Source of the DNA: Lama guanicoe
Taxonomy: Eukaryota
Length of the DNA stretch: 64,000 nt
Assembly: GCA_013239625.1 (NCBI GenBank)
Contig: MU056000.1
Coordinates: 11,669,175 to 11,733,174, forward strand
Direction: 5' to 3'
Shown piece by piece: positions 26,446 through 40,349 of this stretch (its first letter is position 1; every line of letters begins with the position of its first letter). The notes beneath the pieces are model-generated. The model did not search any database. It was not told the DNA's origin and saw only the letters and a list, made by a program, of their open reading frames with translations. A program made the position numbers and the translations under genes.

Positions 26446-28149
26446 GTGGATGTGAGATTCCCAAGTCCCTCATCATGCCCTTGGGAACCTGGGATCCTAA
26501 GGAACCTTATATCTTGGGATGATCTCCAGCCCAGGGCCTGTTCCAGAGGCCTCCCATGTCAGAACTTCTCCTTCACAATCCCAGGGGCAGTGACCTGGGA
26601 GTCAATTCCAGAGGCAGCTTCTCTCTAGGGGTACAGATGGGGGAAAAAAACAGTTCTTTCTCACTGTTGCCTTTTCAGTTTCTAGCAGACCACCAGAACC
26701 CATGTTCTCTCCCAGTCCTGTTAATTTTTTGGAGCTCAAGTTACAGTGCAATTTCTTAGCTTATCATTAGCATTTATTATTAATCGATTACCAACTGCTT
26801 TGTATGTTGCAGAATTTTGGGTTTTATTATGCCACTGGCATCCCCACTGGCTTTCCAATATCTTATGGATTTTCTTATGTATTTCTTGTTTTATTTTAAT
26901 AGGGTTTGAGAAGGGAAAGTGATAACTAGGCCCCTCATTATGTAAACTGGACCAGAATCCAGAAGCTCTTTGTATAATAAGATTGCCTATGTTCAAAGTG
27001 AGACTCCATCATCTACCAACTCTATGACCCAGAAAAATTACTGTGCCTCAGTTTCCTCATTTGCAAAATGTAATAGAACATAGTATTGCCATATAGAGAC
27101 CCTGTATAGGACACTCTATAAATGCTAGGTGTTGTTATTATTTTGTCTGTCATGTATATTGTAAAAGTTGTCTTTTACTTGTAATACTATAGGTTTATGT
27201 TTACACAGACATGGGAGTGTGTGCCCATATCTTTATGCTTTTCAATAAGAAAAGATAGCACTTACATAGTGCTTACCATGTACCTTTTAAGCACTTCACA
27301 TATATTAATCTATGGTTCTGAAGGAGAAATTGCAATGGAAATTGGAAAGTATTTTGCACTGATAACGAAAACACAACCTAATAAAACTTATGGGTCGCTT
27401 TTTCCATTATGTTTCCTAATTAACCATCCCTGGTGTCTTAAAAATGTTTTAGTTTCTGTTCACTTATTTTGAATCTAGTTTCAATGCTGAACAAAGCCTC
27501 AGGCAAAGGGCTTATGAGCTATTACTTTATTAGGAATTACCATTCCCGGGAGCAGGAATGAGGCCCAAGAGGAGTGAAGCAGGGGAGATGGGAGACCCGA
27601 TGTGAGCATGCACCACCAAGATGGCTGCCTATAAGTGTGCTGGCTCAAAGCCTGGACCCGCCCCCGAGGAGCTATGTGAACTGCACCCCCAGACAGGTAT
27701 CTGGGGGATGAAGAGGATAGGGGAGAATGGCACATTCTTTGGAAAGGAAGGGGAAATACTTTATCTACCAGTTTCCATCTTCTTCTTTCTCTCTGGAATA
27801 TTAGCTCCTCAATTCCCATTCTTGGCTGAAATCCAACCCAGTAAGCTCGCTTCTCTCCAGGAACTTGGCCCCTCAAGTCCAAGCTGCTTCAGCTGCCTAT
27901 GACACCTTCGAACAGAATCCTGTTTTTCAACATATTCGACTTTTCTGTTTCTTCTCACTGAGACATTGGTCTACCACAAACCCAACCAATCAGATCAGAA
28001 GTGAAAACTCACCTGTTTTCCTTTGTAATTTTTTTCATTGCTGCTTTTCCCTAAATAAGAGTTTTCATTTTGATTAATTCTTGACCTAAGAATCATTAAG
28101 AACTATGTTGGGCTTTGTGTTTTGTTTTCTGTTTTTTTCAGTTAAAAAC

Positions 28150-28602
28150 AAATTGCTGTGGAACAAATTCTCTAAATGACAAAACGTTAATTCTCTTAAC
28201 AACTGGGTTGAAACAATAACATATTATCTCACCATTTCTGTGGGGCAGGAGTCCGGGCAGGACTCAGCCGAGTGTCCCTCGGTTTGTCCCAGGCTGCAAT
28301 CAAGGTGTCACCCAGAACTGAACCACCTCAGAGTGCCACTAGGAAAGGATCTGTCTCCAAGCCCACTCATGTGGTTGCTGGCAGAATCCCATTTTCCCAA
28401 AGGATATTGAAGTGAGGGTCTCAGTTCCTCCCTGCCTGTGCCCTGAGATGTCTTCAGTTCCTTGCCAGGTGGGTGGCTCAACATGGCAGGTTTCTTCATC
28501 AACTAAGCAAGTGAGAAGAGCCCGAGGGAGAATCCAACAAGAGGAAAGTCAATCTTTTTTGTAACCTCCTCTTGGAAGTGATATCATATCACTTTTATCG
28601 TA
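28150..28602 (-). mobile_element. MLT1-type LTR
   Basis: attatctcaccatttctgtggggcaggagtcc...aggctgcaatcaaggtgtca...ggttgctggcagaatcc. Confidence 0.8.
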
Positions 28603-28605
28603 TTT

Positions 28606-28685
<80 letters not shown>

Positions 28686-28763
28686 TTCTTCTTCCTTTCT
28701 TTCTTCCTTTCTTTCTTCCTTCCTTCCTTTCTTTCTTTCCTTCTTTCTTTCCTTCTTTCCTTC
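28603..28763. repeat. (TTTC)n microsatellite
   Basis: About 19 perfect TTTC units followed by degenerate TTTC/TTCC. Confidence 0.97.
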
Positions 28764-28945
28764 TATTGAAGTATAGTTGATTTATAATAGTGTATTAGTT
28801 TTAGGTGTACAACATAGTGATAAAATTATTTTTATAGGTTATACTCCATTTAAAGTATTATAAAATATGGGCTGTATTCCCTATGCTGTACAGTATATCC
28901 TGGAAGCTTATTTACTTTACATGTAGCAGTTTGTGCCTCTTAAGC
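28764..28945 (-). mobile_element. Short L1 3' end
   Basis: tattgaagtatagttgatttataatagtgtattagttttaggtgtacaacatagtga. Confidence 0.82.
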
Positions 28946-29009
28946 TAGGCTTTTTCTATGTCTGAAGAATCTCCTGTGGTATTTGGAAAAGCCTGCGTAC
29001 CTCTACAGA

Positions 29010-29390
29010 AAGTGAAAATGTCAGACACCACGGATTCACTGCTTTCCTGGTGGCTGGCGTACAGGTACATGATCTATGCGTAGTCACTGAGATGTGCCCC
29101 TGCAGACTTTGAAATAAATCAATTTATGGGAAGAAACAGTGGGGCAGCTGCATCTAAGTACCAGGCACAGCAGTGAGGTGGAAGCACTTCAGGTCGAGCA
29201 TTCAGTACCTAAGCTGTCCAAGCTGTAATATCTTGACCTGATTATCTGCCTACTTCCTGGTTCCCTAGATTCTAAGCCTAACTCTTGGACTTTCTTGGAG
29301 ATATTGTGAGCTACTCAATATTTTTAAGTAAATTCCTTTCTTTGTTAAATTAGCCAGAATTATTTTCTTTAGCTCATAGTGGAGAAAACT
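29010..29390 (+). mobile_element. Old ERVL LTR (LTR16/LTR33-like)
   Basis: 3' end taaattcctttctttgttaaattagccaga resembles these families. Confidence 0.45.
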
Positions 29391-30049
29391 GAGTGCTAAA
29401 TTGTCCTCATCATCATAGTATTCCATTCCTTCTTGCGTCTCCATCGAGATCAGCATCTCACCATCTCTGCTGTTTGTCCTCTATTTTCATTTCTTTCTGT
29501 TTTTTTTAAATTTTTGCTCACCGATTTTGTATTTTTGTCCTTTCCCTGTGTACACTAAGATATTTGTATGTGTCTTTCATCTAATGACTTATTTTTCCAA
29601 CGACAATTTGACTTCTGTAATTTTATTTTTGCATCATTTTCAGTCTTCCCCATTGCAATTAAGTTACTTCTTATTTCTACCTGCCTCTCAGGTGTATCCC
29701 TATTCATGCAAGAATGGAATTTTCATCTCCTCACTGATCTCTTATTTCACAAAATTTATCTACTCTTAAATTTTATTGAGTATGAAAGCAAATATTTCCC
29801 CAAATTAACCTCTGTTTTCGATAGTAAATTTTTACGTGTAGACTTTTCCTGGAGCTTAAGTGCTATGTTCTCTTCCATTTAAGGTGCAGAATCTTTTCAA
29901 AGGTCCATTGTTATGAGAATAAATTCTACTTCAGGGCATTCACTGTCCACCTGGTTGCTGCTAGAATCCTTTCAGATTTCACCTAGAGAGCATGATGATA
30001 TACAAACTTTTTAAAAAAATTAGATTAAATCTAAACTCACAGGAAAAAT

Positions 30050-30225
30050 ACGGTATATTCTTTATAGTGTTGACTCCCAGACAGGAAACTTCAAAAGTAG
30101 AATGTGTTGTTTATAAAATAGGCTAACATATAAAAAATTCTACCATAACATGATCAAAGTCAACTGACAAACAGCAAACTGCAAAAAAAGGCAGTATTCA
30201 AAAAAAGATTAATGTCCTTGATGCC

Positions 30226-30272
<47 letters not shown>

Positions 30273-31100
30273 CTTAGTATAAATTTTATTGATTTATTAT
30301 AAATTATTGACAAGGAAGAAACCAATAAGCTTATAGACATGGCCAAATTTCATGAATAGATAATTCACAGGGAAGGAAATATAAATATTTTTGAACTTAT
30401 GAAAAGATAGTCATCTCAAAATAATAAAATTGCAAATGAAGGCTATAATATAATTCCATTTCTTACCTATCATCTTGACAAAATTATGTGGCATACAGAG
30501 TGAGCAAGGGTTTGGAGAAATAGTTACATCATGCATTGTTATTGGTAGTATAATTTTTGCACAGTCTTTATGAATGTTGTCAATATCTTTTAAAATCTAA
30601 AATGTGTAAACCTTTTGCCTCAGCAATTCCACTTGAGGCCTTTTACCCTACAGATGCACTGACACATATGCTTAAAGACATTCTACTGGACTGTTAATTG
30701 TGGCATTTTCTGCAGTAACAAAAGGTTAAAACAACTTAAATTTCCATCAATAAGAGAATGGTAAAATAAATTATAGTACATTATATGATGGAGTACACCG
30801 CAATGCTGAAAACACTGAGATGGCTCTGGTCATTCCAACATAAAATAATTGCCAAGATACGTTGGAAATGGTAGGAAAGAAAACAGTGTCCTGGACAGTG
30901 TTTACATCATGTTATCACCTAGAGAAATAAAAAGGAGGCACCTACCTAAATGCTGGGTGTGTACTGAATAACTCTAAAACGATACAAGAAACAATCATAT
31001 TGTTGAATCTTGGAAAAAGCGCTGTGGGACAGGTGGGCAAGGGTGGGATACAGAGGTATTTTTACTACCTTCTTTCACATGCATGATTTCAAAAATGTAA
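30050..31100 (+). mobile_element. Old L1ME-type fragment (ORF2 3' end / 3' UTR)
   Basis: ccttttgcctcagcaattccactt...acaacttaaatttccatcaataagagaatggtaaaataaattatagtaca. Confidence 0.75.
30229..30269. repeat. (TA)n microsatellite
   Basis: About 20 TA units. Confidence 0.97.
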
Positions 31101-32339
31101 TAATTAAAGTCTATATGAGCTTGCATGATCCAGTTGCCCACTTTTTATGTCCAAGTGCTTCAACTGTTTTGCTTGTGTCTTTTAATGGTAAAAATCCAGG
31201 CAGGTGGAAGTTTTACTTGGGAGCTTAAGGTTCTCAGGCAATTTTATAAACCAAATAAAGGCTAATTTTTAAAAAATAATGGAAGCAAAATTATTTGCAG
31301 AGGTATCTTAGCAATAAATTCATTCGATAGTAAAATAGCTTTGAAGAATAAGAGCTGATGTTCAAATGTTGGTCCTTTGAAATTAATATTGATTTAGAAC
31401 CTGAGCAAATGACATTTAAAAAACTTGTTCAATCAAGAGGATGCAGGCCCACATGCCTCCATACGTGTGGATTCCCAGTACACATATGGTACCTTCTTAA
31501 CTTCCTTGCAAATTATCAGGCCTCTGATCTTTGCTCTGAAATTATTTCACCTGTGTTGATGGTTTCATATTAAAAAAAACAAACCTTGGCCTTACTTTTG
31601 CATTTTCTTTCATTTCTTCCTTTTTACCAGTTACATTTATTGTATTTTCATCCGAGTGGGTGTTTTCTCTTTATTAAGACTGCTGGACTGAGTTCATAAT
31701 TTGCAGGTAATCTATAGCAATCTTTAAAATAATATGCCAAGACTTTGAAAAGATTGGAGTTTTATGAGTAAGAGTGGCTGCTTCATTTGCAAAATTGTAT
31801 TTCGGGAAAAAATTAAAGGGTCTTCAAGTCATTTTTCTCTCTAATAGACCAAGAATCAATTGAGTTAAAAAACAGACATACACACCTGTATCTAATGGTG
31901 TTGTCCTGTCCAGATATTTCAGAAATGTTTTTGCTCAAAATAAATGAATAATAATTGTTGAAGTGGGAATTCAGGTTCAGAAGGCGTTTGTTAAATCAAC
32001 CTCTTCTATGTAGGTTGAAATTTTTCACTTAAATTTTTTTTTTCAAAGGCTGTTTACCCCAGACACCTTGATTTATAATCCCCTCACTTCGCCTAACAGC
32101 ACCTCCTTCTCTTCCCTCTCTTTCCCTCTTCCCTGCCCTCCCCTAAAAGAAGAAGCTGGATGAGGTCACTCCATGAAAGATGGTTTATTCATTCAACAAA
32201 TTTTTCCCAAAGACTTCTCTGTTCTAGGTTTGGTGACCACAGTGCAAACAAGACAAAGTTCTAGACTTCACAAGGCTTACATCCTAGAAGGGAGGGCAAT
32301 AAATAAACAAAAACCATGCATAAGATCAGATAGTAATGG

Positions 32340-32483
32340 GTATCTGTCTTTCATTGGTGTACAATCACAAAATTTAGTAACTTAAAATGACTTATTTGTT
32401 TGTGAGTCTGTGCATTGGCAATTTGGGCCAGGCTCAGCTGGGAAGATTCACTTACACCAGGAGAGATCAGTTTGGTTCATATA

Positions 32484-32516
<33 letters not shown>

Positions 32517-32930
32517 TTTTTATTTAAATACAGTCAGTTACAATGGGTCAATTTCTGGTGTACAGCACAATGTCCCAGTCATACATATATGTACATGTAT
32601 TTGTTTTCATATTCTTTTTCATTAAACGTTATTCATGCATATATTTGTAGTTAGTTGGAAAATTGCCTGTAGATTGCCAGTTGGCCTGGATTGTAGGCTG
32701 GGGAACCTCAGTTCTCCACCACATGGCCTCTCCAGCACACTAGCTTGGGCTGATTCAAATGATGATCTCAGAATTCTAACCCAGCAAGTGAAGGCAAGAC
32801 CTAAAGCACAAGGAATTTTAAGTCTATGTGTGAGTCACAGACTTTGTGTAAGTTGTGTAGGTTAAAATTTCCCTCTCTCACACAGAGAGGGAAATCATTG
32901 CACCCATTTTTGCAAAAATATATTCCACAT
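32340..32930 (-). mobile_element. MLT1-type LTR interrupted by a short younger L1 3' end (~32515-32632) with a (TG)/(TA) tail
   Basis: ggcaatttgggccaggctcagctggg...cctcagttctccaccacatggcctctcc flank tacagtcagttacaatg...tctggtgtacagcacaatgtcccagtcatacatata. Confidence 0.65.
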
Positions 32931-34077
32931 ATATCATGAACCAAGGATGCCAGATTCAGGCATTTGCGTGCAGGTCTGGACCACTGGCTACCATGATGGA
33001 CTGTTTACATTTTGTTTCTACATGTCACAAAGTACACTTATTTTTTTTAAAAAAGAAATTTTTTCTTGTCCATTGCAAAATGCTGCATTAAATAAAGTTT
33101 AACAGTTATTATTATTATTATCATTATCATTAATATCAACATTACTCAGGTCTTACCAGGGAGTTTAACACGCCACCATCGAATGGGAATCCCTAAAATG
33201 GGCCATTTCCTTTGTTGCATTTCACAGAATTTTGACCACAAAGTATCTCCCAAGGCAGATGATACCTGACTCCAGACAATTGTTGCCATCAAGATTGTGG
33301 GTTCAATATTTCTAGATCTTCCAGGGATTCAAAAAAAGCAGGAAAGCTTCCTTGATGTGAAATTTCCTAATGTTAAGATATTGACAAATTGTTCAAATGT
33401 CTTTTAAAGATACCCTATAAATACATTTTTAAAAATAAGCAAAATACAACTGCAAATCAAGCATGGCTAGTTGGTGACTTTAAAGGACCAAGGTGACTCT
33501 TGGGAAAGAACTCGTGCTGATGGAAGGCAAAGTGGAAGCTCAGAGGTTTGGTGAAAGGACAAAGGCACAGATAGACGGGAAGGACTGGCTCTGAGCACAG
33601 CACAGAGTCTGTCACTCAGGCTGATCTCAGCTCAGTACAAGGCCTCACATGAGTCCCCCTAAGAGGAGGACAATACAAGATTGAAAACAAGCAACAAACT
33701 GTTCTTGATAACCTCCAGGGGCACCAAGAGCTCAGGGAGTGAGCATCTCTGTTGAAAACACGGTGGCCTCAGCTCTGGACTCTCAGCTTCAATACTCTCG
33801 GCCTTGGCGTCCCAAGGAATCAGCAGGACCCTCTTCCTGATGGGTCCACTTCTCACTGATTGTTGCTTGTCAATTGGAACAGAGATGGAGAGGCAGTTTT
33901 CCCCCTTAACTTTCCTATTGGAAGGAAGCTTTCTCTGTGAAGCACATTAACTGCGTGCATTCTTTTTCCCCATCTGATCTGATACATATTCAAAACTCCC
34001 GACTTTTAAGGGCATTAAAGCTACTCCTCTACGCCACCCACCCCTCCCCAGATTTCTGTTCATGCTTCCACCTCTAT

Positions 34078-34880
34078 TGTAGTAAATTGTTTTTTTCCAG
34101 AGCTGTGCCATCCACATGCTCTAATGCAATGTGACTTTGCCAGTCCCCCATCAACAGGTGGAGTCTATTCCTTTCCCCTTTGAATCAGACTGGCTTTGTG
34201 ATTCTTTTGTAACCAATCCAATGGGAGGAAGTCACTCTGCATGACCTCAAAAAGGGCCCGCAGCTGCTGTCTGTTTCTCTTGGTTCCCTGGATCCACTGC
34301 AGGTTTTCTCAACCTCAGCGCTATTGATATTCCAAGCTGAATAATCATTTGGTGGGAGGAGTGGGTGGGGGTTGTCCTATGCATTGAGGATATTTAGCAA
34401 CATCCCTGGTGTCTATGTATTAGATGACAGCAGTACCTTCTCCCTCAGTTGTAACAATCAAAACTATCTCCAGATAATATCACCAACTGTCCCCCGGGAG
34501 GGGAAGCTCACCTCCTGCTGAGAATCTGTTCTGTAGGAAGCCAAGCAAAATTTAAGAAACTCAACTACTCAAGACCACCATGCTGGAGACATCACATGTA
34601 GGTGTTCCAGTCCACAGTCTCAGCTGGGGCCCAGCCTCCCAGCCACCCCCACCAAGCCACTAGGTTTGTGAGGGGAGCCGTCCTGGACCCTGAGTGACCC
34701 GTCAGCCAGCTGAGTACCACTGAGTAATCTCAGTCAACGTCACTAGAAGCTGAAGAATTACCCAGCCGAGCCCTGCCTGAATTCCTTGCTACAGAATCTG
34801 TGACATTTAATTTTTAAAAGACTGCCTTTTCAACCCACTGAGTTTCAGGATATTTTATTATGTAGTACTAGCAACTGGAG
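34078..34880 (+). mobile_element. MLT1-type LTR with nested MER20
   Basis: gtgactttgc...ggtggagtctatt...tgaatc...; cccagcctcccagcca...cccagccgagccctgcctgaattcc. Confidence 0.75.
34300..34528 (-). mobile_element. MER20 DNA transposon (reverse), nested in the LTR
   Basis: caggttttctcaacctcagcgctattga...tttagcaacatccctgg...cagttgtaacaatcaaaactatctccaga. Confidence 0.85.
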
Positions 34881-35539
34881 CACCTCTATAGATGAAAAGT
34901 GAGGAGATACGATGTTATTTAAAAAAATAAAGGAAATGGTGTTCATTGCTTGTCCTTAGATGTTTATTGTAATTTTTATAATTTTCTGTGGAGCAAACAA
35001 AGTTGCTCTCATTCCTGTAACATATATTGATTGAGGACCCATGTTTGTGCCAGGAAACATGTTGGACCCTAGAGATAAGTAAGCAAGTATAACATTTTTA
35101 AATCATTATGTCTGTGTAATTTCTTTCACGTATCCTGTGAATCTAACCAACATTCTCACTTTTATGAGTTAATGACTTTGACATGACCTTTACTCTTCTG
35201 TTTTTTGCCTCTGCTCATGCCAGTCTTCTTCCTGGAACTTACTCTTCCTTCTCCATTTTCTTAAATCTTGTCAACTTTAGGGCCAAATCCAATACCACCT
35301 CCTTCACAAAACCTTATCCTATCCCTTAGGCTGAATTACTTTCATCCTTTTTTTTGACTTTTACTTTATTCTCCTCCTCTCCCAAGCTTAAGATTACATA
35401 TTATCATCCTTACTCAGCATCTGGCTTTGCCACCTACTTCACAGAGAAAGTTGAACCCATGAACATTGAATTCTGTTGGCTTCCAGCTTCCCAGCCCACA
35501 AACCCAACATCTGGGATGCAAGCAACCCAGCCAATCTTT

Positions 35540-36043
35540 TGAATTAGTCAGGGTCCTCCAGAGAAACAGATCCAAAAAGATAGAGATAGATATGGAGAAT
35601 TATTATAGGAACTGGCTCACACCGTTACGGAGGGTGAGACGTTCCATGATCTGCCCTTTGCAAGTTAGAGAATCAGGAAAACCAGTGGTGTAATTCAGCT
35701 CAAGACCAAAGACCTGAGAATAGGGCAGGTGGTATAAGCCCAGTCTGGTCAGTACGCCTGAGAACCAGGAGCACCGAAGTCTGAGGGCAGGAGAAGATGG
35801 GTGTCTCAGTTCAAGCACAGAGAGCAAATTCTTCTTTCCTTGGCCTTTTTGTTCTAGTTGGGGCCTCAACAAATTAGATGATGCCTACCAGCATTGGTGA
35901 GGACCCTCTTCTTTACTCAGTCTACTGATTCAAATGCTCGTCTCTTCCAGAGACACTCCCACAGCCACATCAGAAATAATGTTTTACCAACTCTCTAGAC
36001 ATCTCTTAGGCTAGTCAAGTTGACCCCTAAAATTAACCATCAC
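35540..36043 (-). mobile_element. MLT2-type ERVL LTR
   Basis: attagtcagggtcctccagagaaacaga...cagtctactgattcaaatgct...agtcaagttgacccctaaaattaaccatcac. Confidence 0.85.
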
Positions 36044-36299
36044 CCCTCTTTAGCCACATTTTCATAGAACAATTGAAAAATTGCCTTCAGTTGAAAGCCA
36101 CTCCATCTCTCCTCTGGATCTGTGGATCCCCACCTCTGGGAGCCAGAGCCACCCTTTTCCCCAAAATTTCTCTGTCTCTGTCTCTGTCTCTGTCTCTCTC
36201 TTTATCTCTCTTTCGCTTTTGTTAGCTTCAGCTTAAAATAATAACCCTCAGCCTCTGACACTGACAAAGGGGAGACTCCTTCTGGATTCTCTCTAGCTC

Positions 36300-38115
36300 T
36301 ATTCATTTTTTCTTCTCAGAGTCAACATTCTTGAAAGAATTCTTTCTAGTCACTGCCTCCACTTTTAATCCCTAAATTATTCTTTAATCTTATATCATTT
36401 CCTACTTCCTCATCCCTATACATGGCCCTCACCCTCATCCCCATCACTCACATGTTCTACTAAAACTTCTCTGGAGAAAGTGGCCACTCACTTCGTTGTC
36501 ACTAGACAATTTCGTTATAATTGACAGCTGCCCACTTCCTCCTGCTTCCAACTCCCTTGGCCTTTCAGGACGCCGCTCTCTCTCCCCTGCAACTCCTTCT
36601 TGGTCTTTTTGAGTTTCCGGGGGGGGGGGAAGGGCTCTTCTCTCTCTCCTGCACATGGATGAATATTCTCTTCTCTTCTCACTAGTTCCCACTTCTCTCC
36701 TCACTGGGCCACCTGAGTGCTCTCAGATACTCCCAGAGCTTCTTCACCGAAACTGCTCCCTATTCACTGCTTCCTGTCTCAGCCACTCTGCAGAGCCCTG
36801 AACTCAGAGATTCAGCTGCCTCTTGGACCTACCCACTTCATCGTCCCTCAGATATCTCAAATGCTACAGGTTCAAGACCAGACTCATGATCTGTCTGTTT
36901 AAATACATCCCTCCTAAGGTCTCCACCTTGGGGAACAGCACCATTCTCACTGAAGCATCTGACAGAGGCACCACCCTTTATCAATTACCGGATCCTAAGG
37001 ATTCTGCCTCCTTTAATTTAGCTCACGTCCATCTACACTGACTCTGCCTTAGCTCAGACCCTCGTCATTTCTCCCCTGGACTATTGCAGCAGCCTTTTAA
37101 TTAACCCCCACCATCTCCAACTTTGCCCTCCCTCCAACTATTCCCTACTCCACTGCAAAATTTATCTTTCTGATAAAAACATTCAATTATCTTGGTGACA
37201 TGATTAAAATCTTCCTTGAGGATAAAGTCCAAGTTCTTCAGACTTCACGACCTGGTCCCTGCTCACCTTTCCCATTTCACTGCTTGCTGCCCTATCCCCT
37301 GCACACTGGCCGCACTGAACGTATTTGCCGTTCCTCAAGGACTTCGTATTCCTCCAGGTCCATGACCTGCCAGTGTGATATTTTGCTCTATTATTTTCTC
37401 TTCACCTTTCTGGCATATCTCCTCCCACTTTACCCCTTTCTTAATTGGCTGATCTAATCAGATGAGTTGGATAAGCCCACAGTTAACAGATTAGCACTGT
37501 ATTTAGAAGATGTATTTGTTAACTCAGTGTAATAATAAAAATATTACAACTTAAGTTTCTGGGTTTTTTGACTAGTAAGATGGTTCAGTGTTACAATACA
37601 TCTCTCAGCTTTGTCCCCATAGAACTTAACATTTCCAAGCAGTTTTAATAGCTGGTATCTTATTTATCTCCTCACTTTTTCTCTCTCCCCACCCCCCACT
37701 AGAAAAGATGCTCCATGAGGCCAGGGACTCAGCTGGGTTGTTGCTGTAGATCCCATGTGCCTCGGGCAGTGCCCCGAGGAGGGTGGAAGTCAGTCCGTAT
37801 GTGTCTATTGAAACAGTGAATAAACACTGAATCTTAACAAGCTTGGCCCAATTGTCAACCCCTTGGGTAGCATTCCCTGATGCTGCCAAAGGGGAATATG
37901 CGGGATCATTTCCCTGTGACTCAGCATACCCCAGGGCTCTTCTCTGTTACAGCACTTAGAACAGTGTATTGTAACTGTAGGTAGCCCTGCCTCCCCAACA
38001 ACCTTATCATCACCATCACCACCTTGAGAGCAGGGAGTGTCTCTCTAATGTCTGTACCTGCAGCTTTAATTAAGCACAGTGCCAGACACATAGTAGTTGT
38101 TCAATAAATGTCTTA
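36300..38115 (+). mobile_element. Degraded L2 fragments
   Basis: L2-like pyrimidine-rich body with termini at ~37700-37830 and agcacagtgccagacacatagtagttgttcaataaatg (~38075-38110). Confidence 0.65.
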
Positions 38116-40244
38116 AGTAAATAACCCCGTAGCACCTTCCAGGGCAGCTTTCTACACCCACTCTTGGTCTCTTTTGCTGGTCCGCAGACACTTCGAGAAT
38201 AGGAACTCTTTCCCCCCTGCCTTCCTCCCAGTGTCTGTTACCATGCTTTTCGCATTCTAAACACACAATAAATGTTGAATTTAATCACCATTAGTGTTTC
38301 ATATGTTCAGATAAACCTAAATGGAGCTCCTCAAAAACAACAAGATGTTCATTTTTACAACGCTGACCAGCAACGTCATGCCCGGATATTGAAACAGATG
38401 GTTAGTTGCAACTTTTATGATTATATGGAACACATTCTTTCAAACAACAAATTGCTGTGGAATCTTTTGGCATCTAGTCCATGCTTAATAGTTTGCCTGG
38501 TTTCCGTTTGGGTTTTGCATGAAGGTTTCTGCTGTCTTCAATCAGGATCTCCTAGGAAGATAATTTCTGTAGCCAGGGTACGCGATCCACCACAACCTGG
38601 ATAAAATAGCCTTCAGAACAGTTTGACTCCCTCTGCTGCCACTGTGTGCTCACCAAGCTTACTCATTACTTATCTGTTGGGTGATGAGAACTAGACATTT
38701 TCCTGGTCTACCTCCTGGACAGTGTTTACTTAGCCCTGAAAATTTCTGACTCTGAATCTCTTCCTGTGAGATTTTACATTTCTTTTGGAATATGACTCCC
38801 AACCTGATACAATTAGATGCATTAACATTTGTTTGATAGTAGCTATAATTTAATTTCCTCAGTATTTGATAAACATCTTTGCACCCAGGTCAAGATTTGG
38901 GAAGAAAAAAAGGTTTTCATATGATTTTGAGGATAGATTGCTTTAGCTGTTGGTTAACTTTACCCAAATTATGTTTATAGTTTCTAATGTATATAAAACA
39001 TGTTGCTTTTACTAATCCAAGTGTTCACGTAACCTGTTGATTATTGTGAGAATATACATTTTAATCACAGTAAGTCACACTGTTCCCGGGTTAGATTCTA
39101 AAATCAGCCTATTTGGCAAAAATCACGTGTAAAAAATTATCGTTGACAGTCACCCAAGTGAGGGCAGAATTTCCCTTCCTCCCAAGTTGAACCCAGTCGA
39201 GCCCAGGTCTCTTTTCACGTCACCATTGATTGCTATTTCATCATTTTCACACCAAATGCAATTGCTGGCTTGCATGTAAGGGCCATGCTGTATGAATAAC
39301 ATACATCTATAAAACTAGAATTATTGTCAGTAGTGTGCGATGATCACACAACCAGAGGCTCCCAGAGTCAACACCAAGTTCACCTCCCATTTAACACTCA
39401 CTTAAGAGCACGTGCTCCTTGGTGGACTGTCAGGCACTCACTACCATGTCGTGTCTCTCGCTTTCTCTCTCCAAGTTAGATAACTCGTCAAAGCTAATCC
39501 TGCATAGTCTGTGTCTAGAAGTTTTCTTAACTGTATTAAACAACGTATTACAAACCTAACTGAAACCAAGAATCTGGCAAGGAATCAACCCAGCTTTCCA
39601 TGTCTGATCACAAGTCTGACTTCTGTTCTGGTGTTCTGAACTTCCCTTACTATGGTCACTCATAAGGACAAACAGCCTTTGCCTCCCCCTTTCACATTTT
39701 AATGAACATAAAAGAGAGCCCTGACAGCATCATCTCTGGTTCTATTTAGGACACTGCGTTTTCTGAAATAGCTAAATAAGAAAATAAGGCACAGCCTACA
39801 GCAGCCATGCCCCACCACCCGGCACTCCCCACCCTCTCCAGTTGCTTGCACTTCTGTGCCTGTGGTACCTGGATGGGGAGTAAGTAAAAGATTCTGCAAA
39901 GCCACCTATCAAACACTTCTTGGCACTGGCTGCCAGGGTATCTTGCCTGAACTTGACCCTCCCCTGTGTGTGCCCAGGGCCCTGCTGGGCTGGAGTGCGG
40001 CCTCCCCCAGCTGACCCATGGAATTCAGTCCCAGGCAGAGGGCAGCGGTACCTGAGGGAAGGTACTTGGAGGGGCGGGGTGAGTGGGACATAGGGGCTCA
40101 GGAGAATTGGCTTTGAGGAGGCAGGTCCGAAACCTGTTAGAATGTGGACTCACTCCTGAGCTGAGGCTCCAAGCCCATGGTGCATGCTTCCTTGGCCCAT
40201 AGGCTTCGTTTACAAGCACAGATTCAAATGAATTAAGAATTAAG

Positions 40245-40349
40245 AGGGGGTGGGTAGGGCTCAGTGGTAGAGCACGTGATTAGCATGCATGAGGTCCTGG
40301 GTCCAATCCCCAGTACCTCCATTAAAATAAAAGTCATCTTTAAAAAAAA
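40245..40349 (+). mobile_element. tRNA-Ala-derived short SINE (camelid Vic-1-like) with target-site duplication
   Basis: GGGGGTGGGTAGGGCTCAGTGGTAGAGCACGTGATTAGCATGCATGAGGTCCTGGGTCCAATCCCCAGTACCTCCA with A/B boxes and an A-rich tail. Flanked by GAATTAAGAATT at 40230-40241 and 40350-40361. Confidence 0.85.

Noticed and set aside
40245..40321. Possible tRNA-Ala gene
   Set aside because: The stems and B box are degenerate, and the A-rich tail and TSD indicate a SINE copy.
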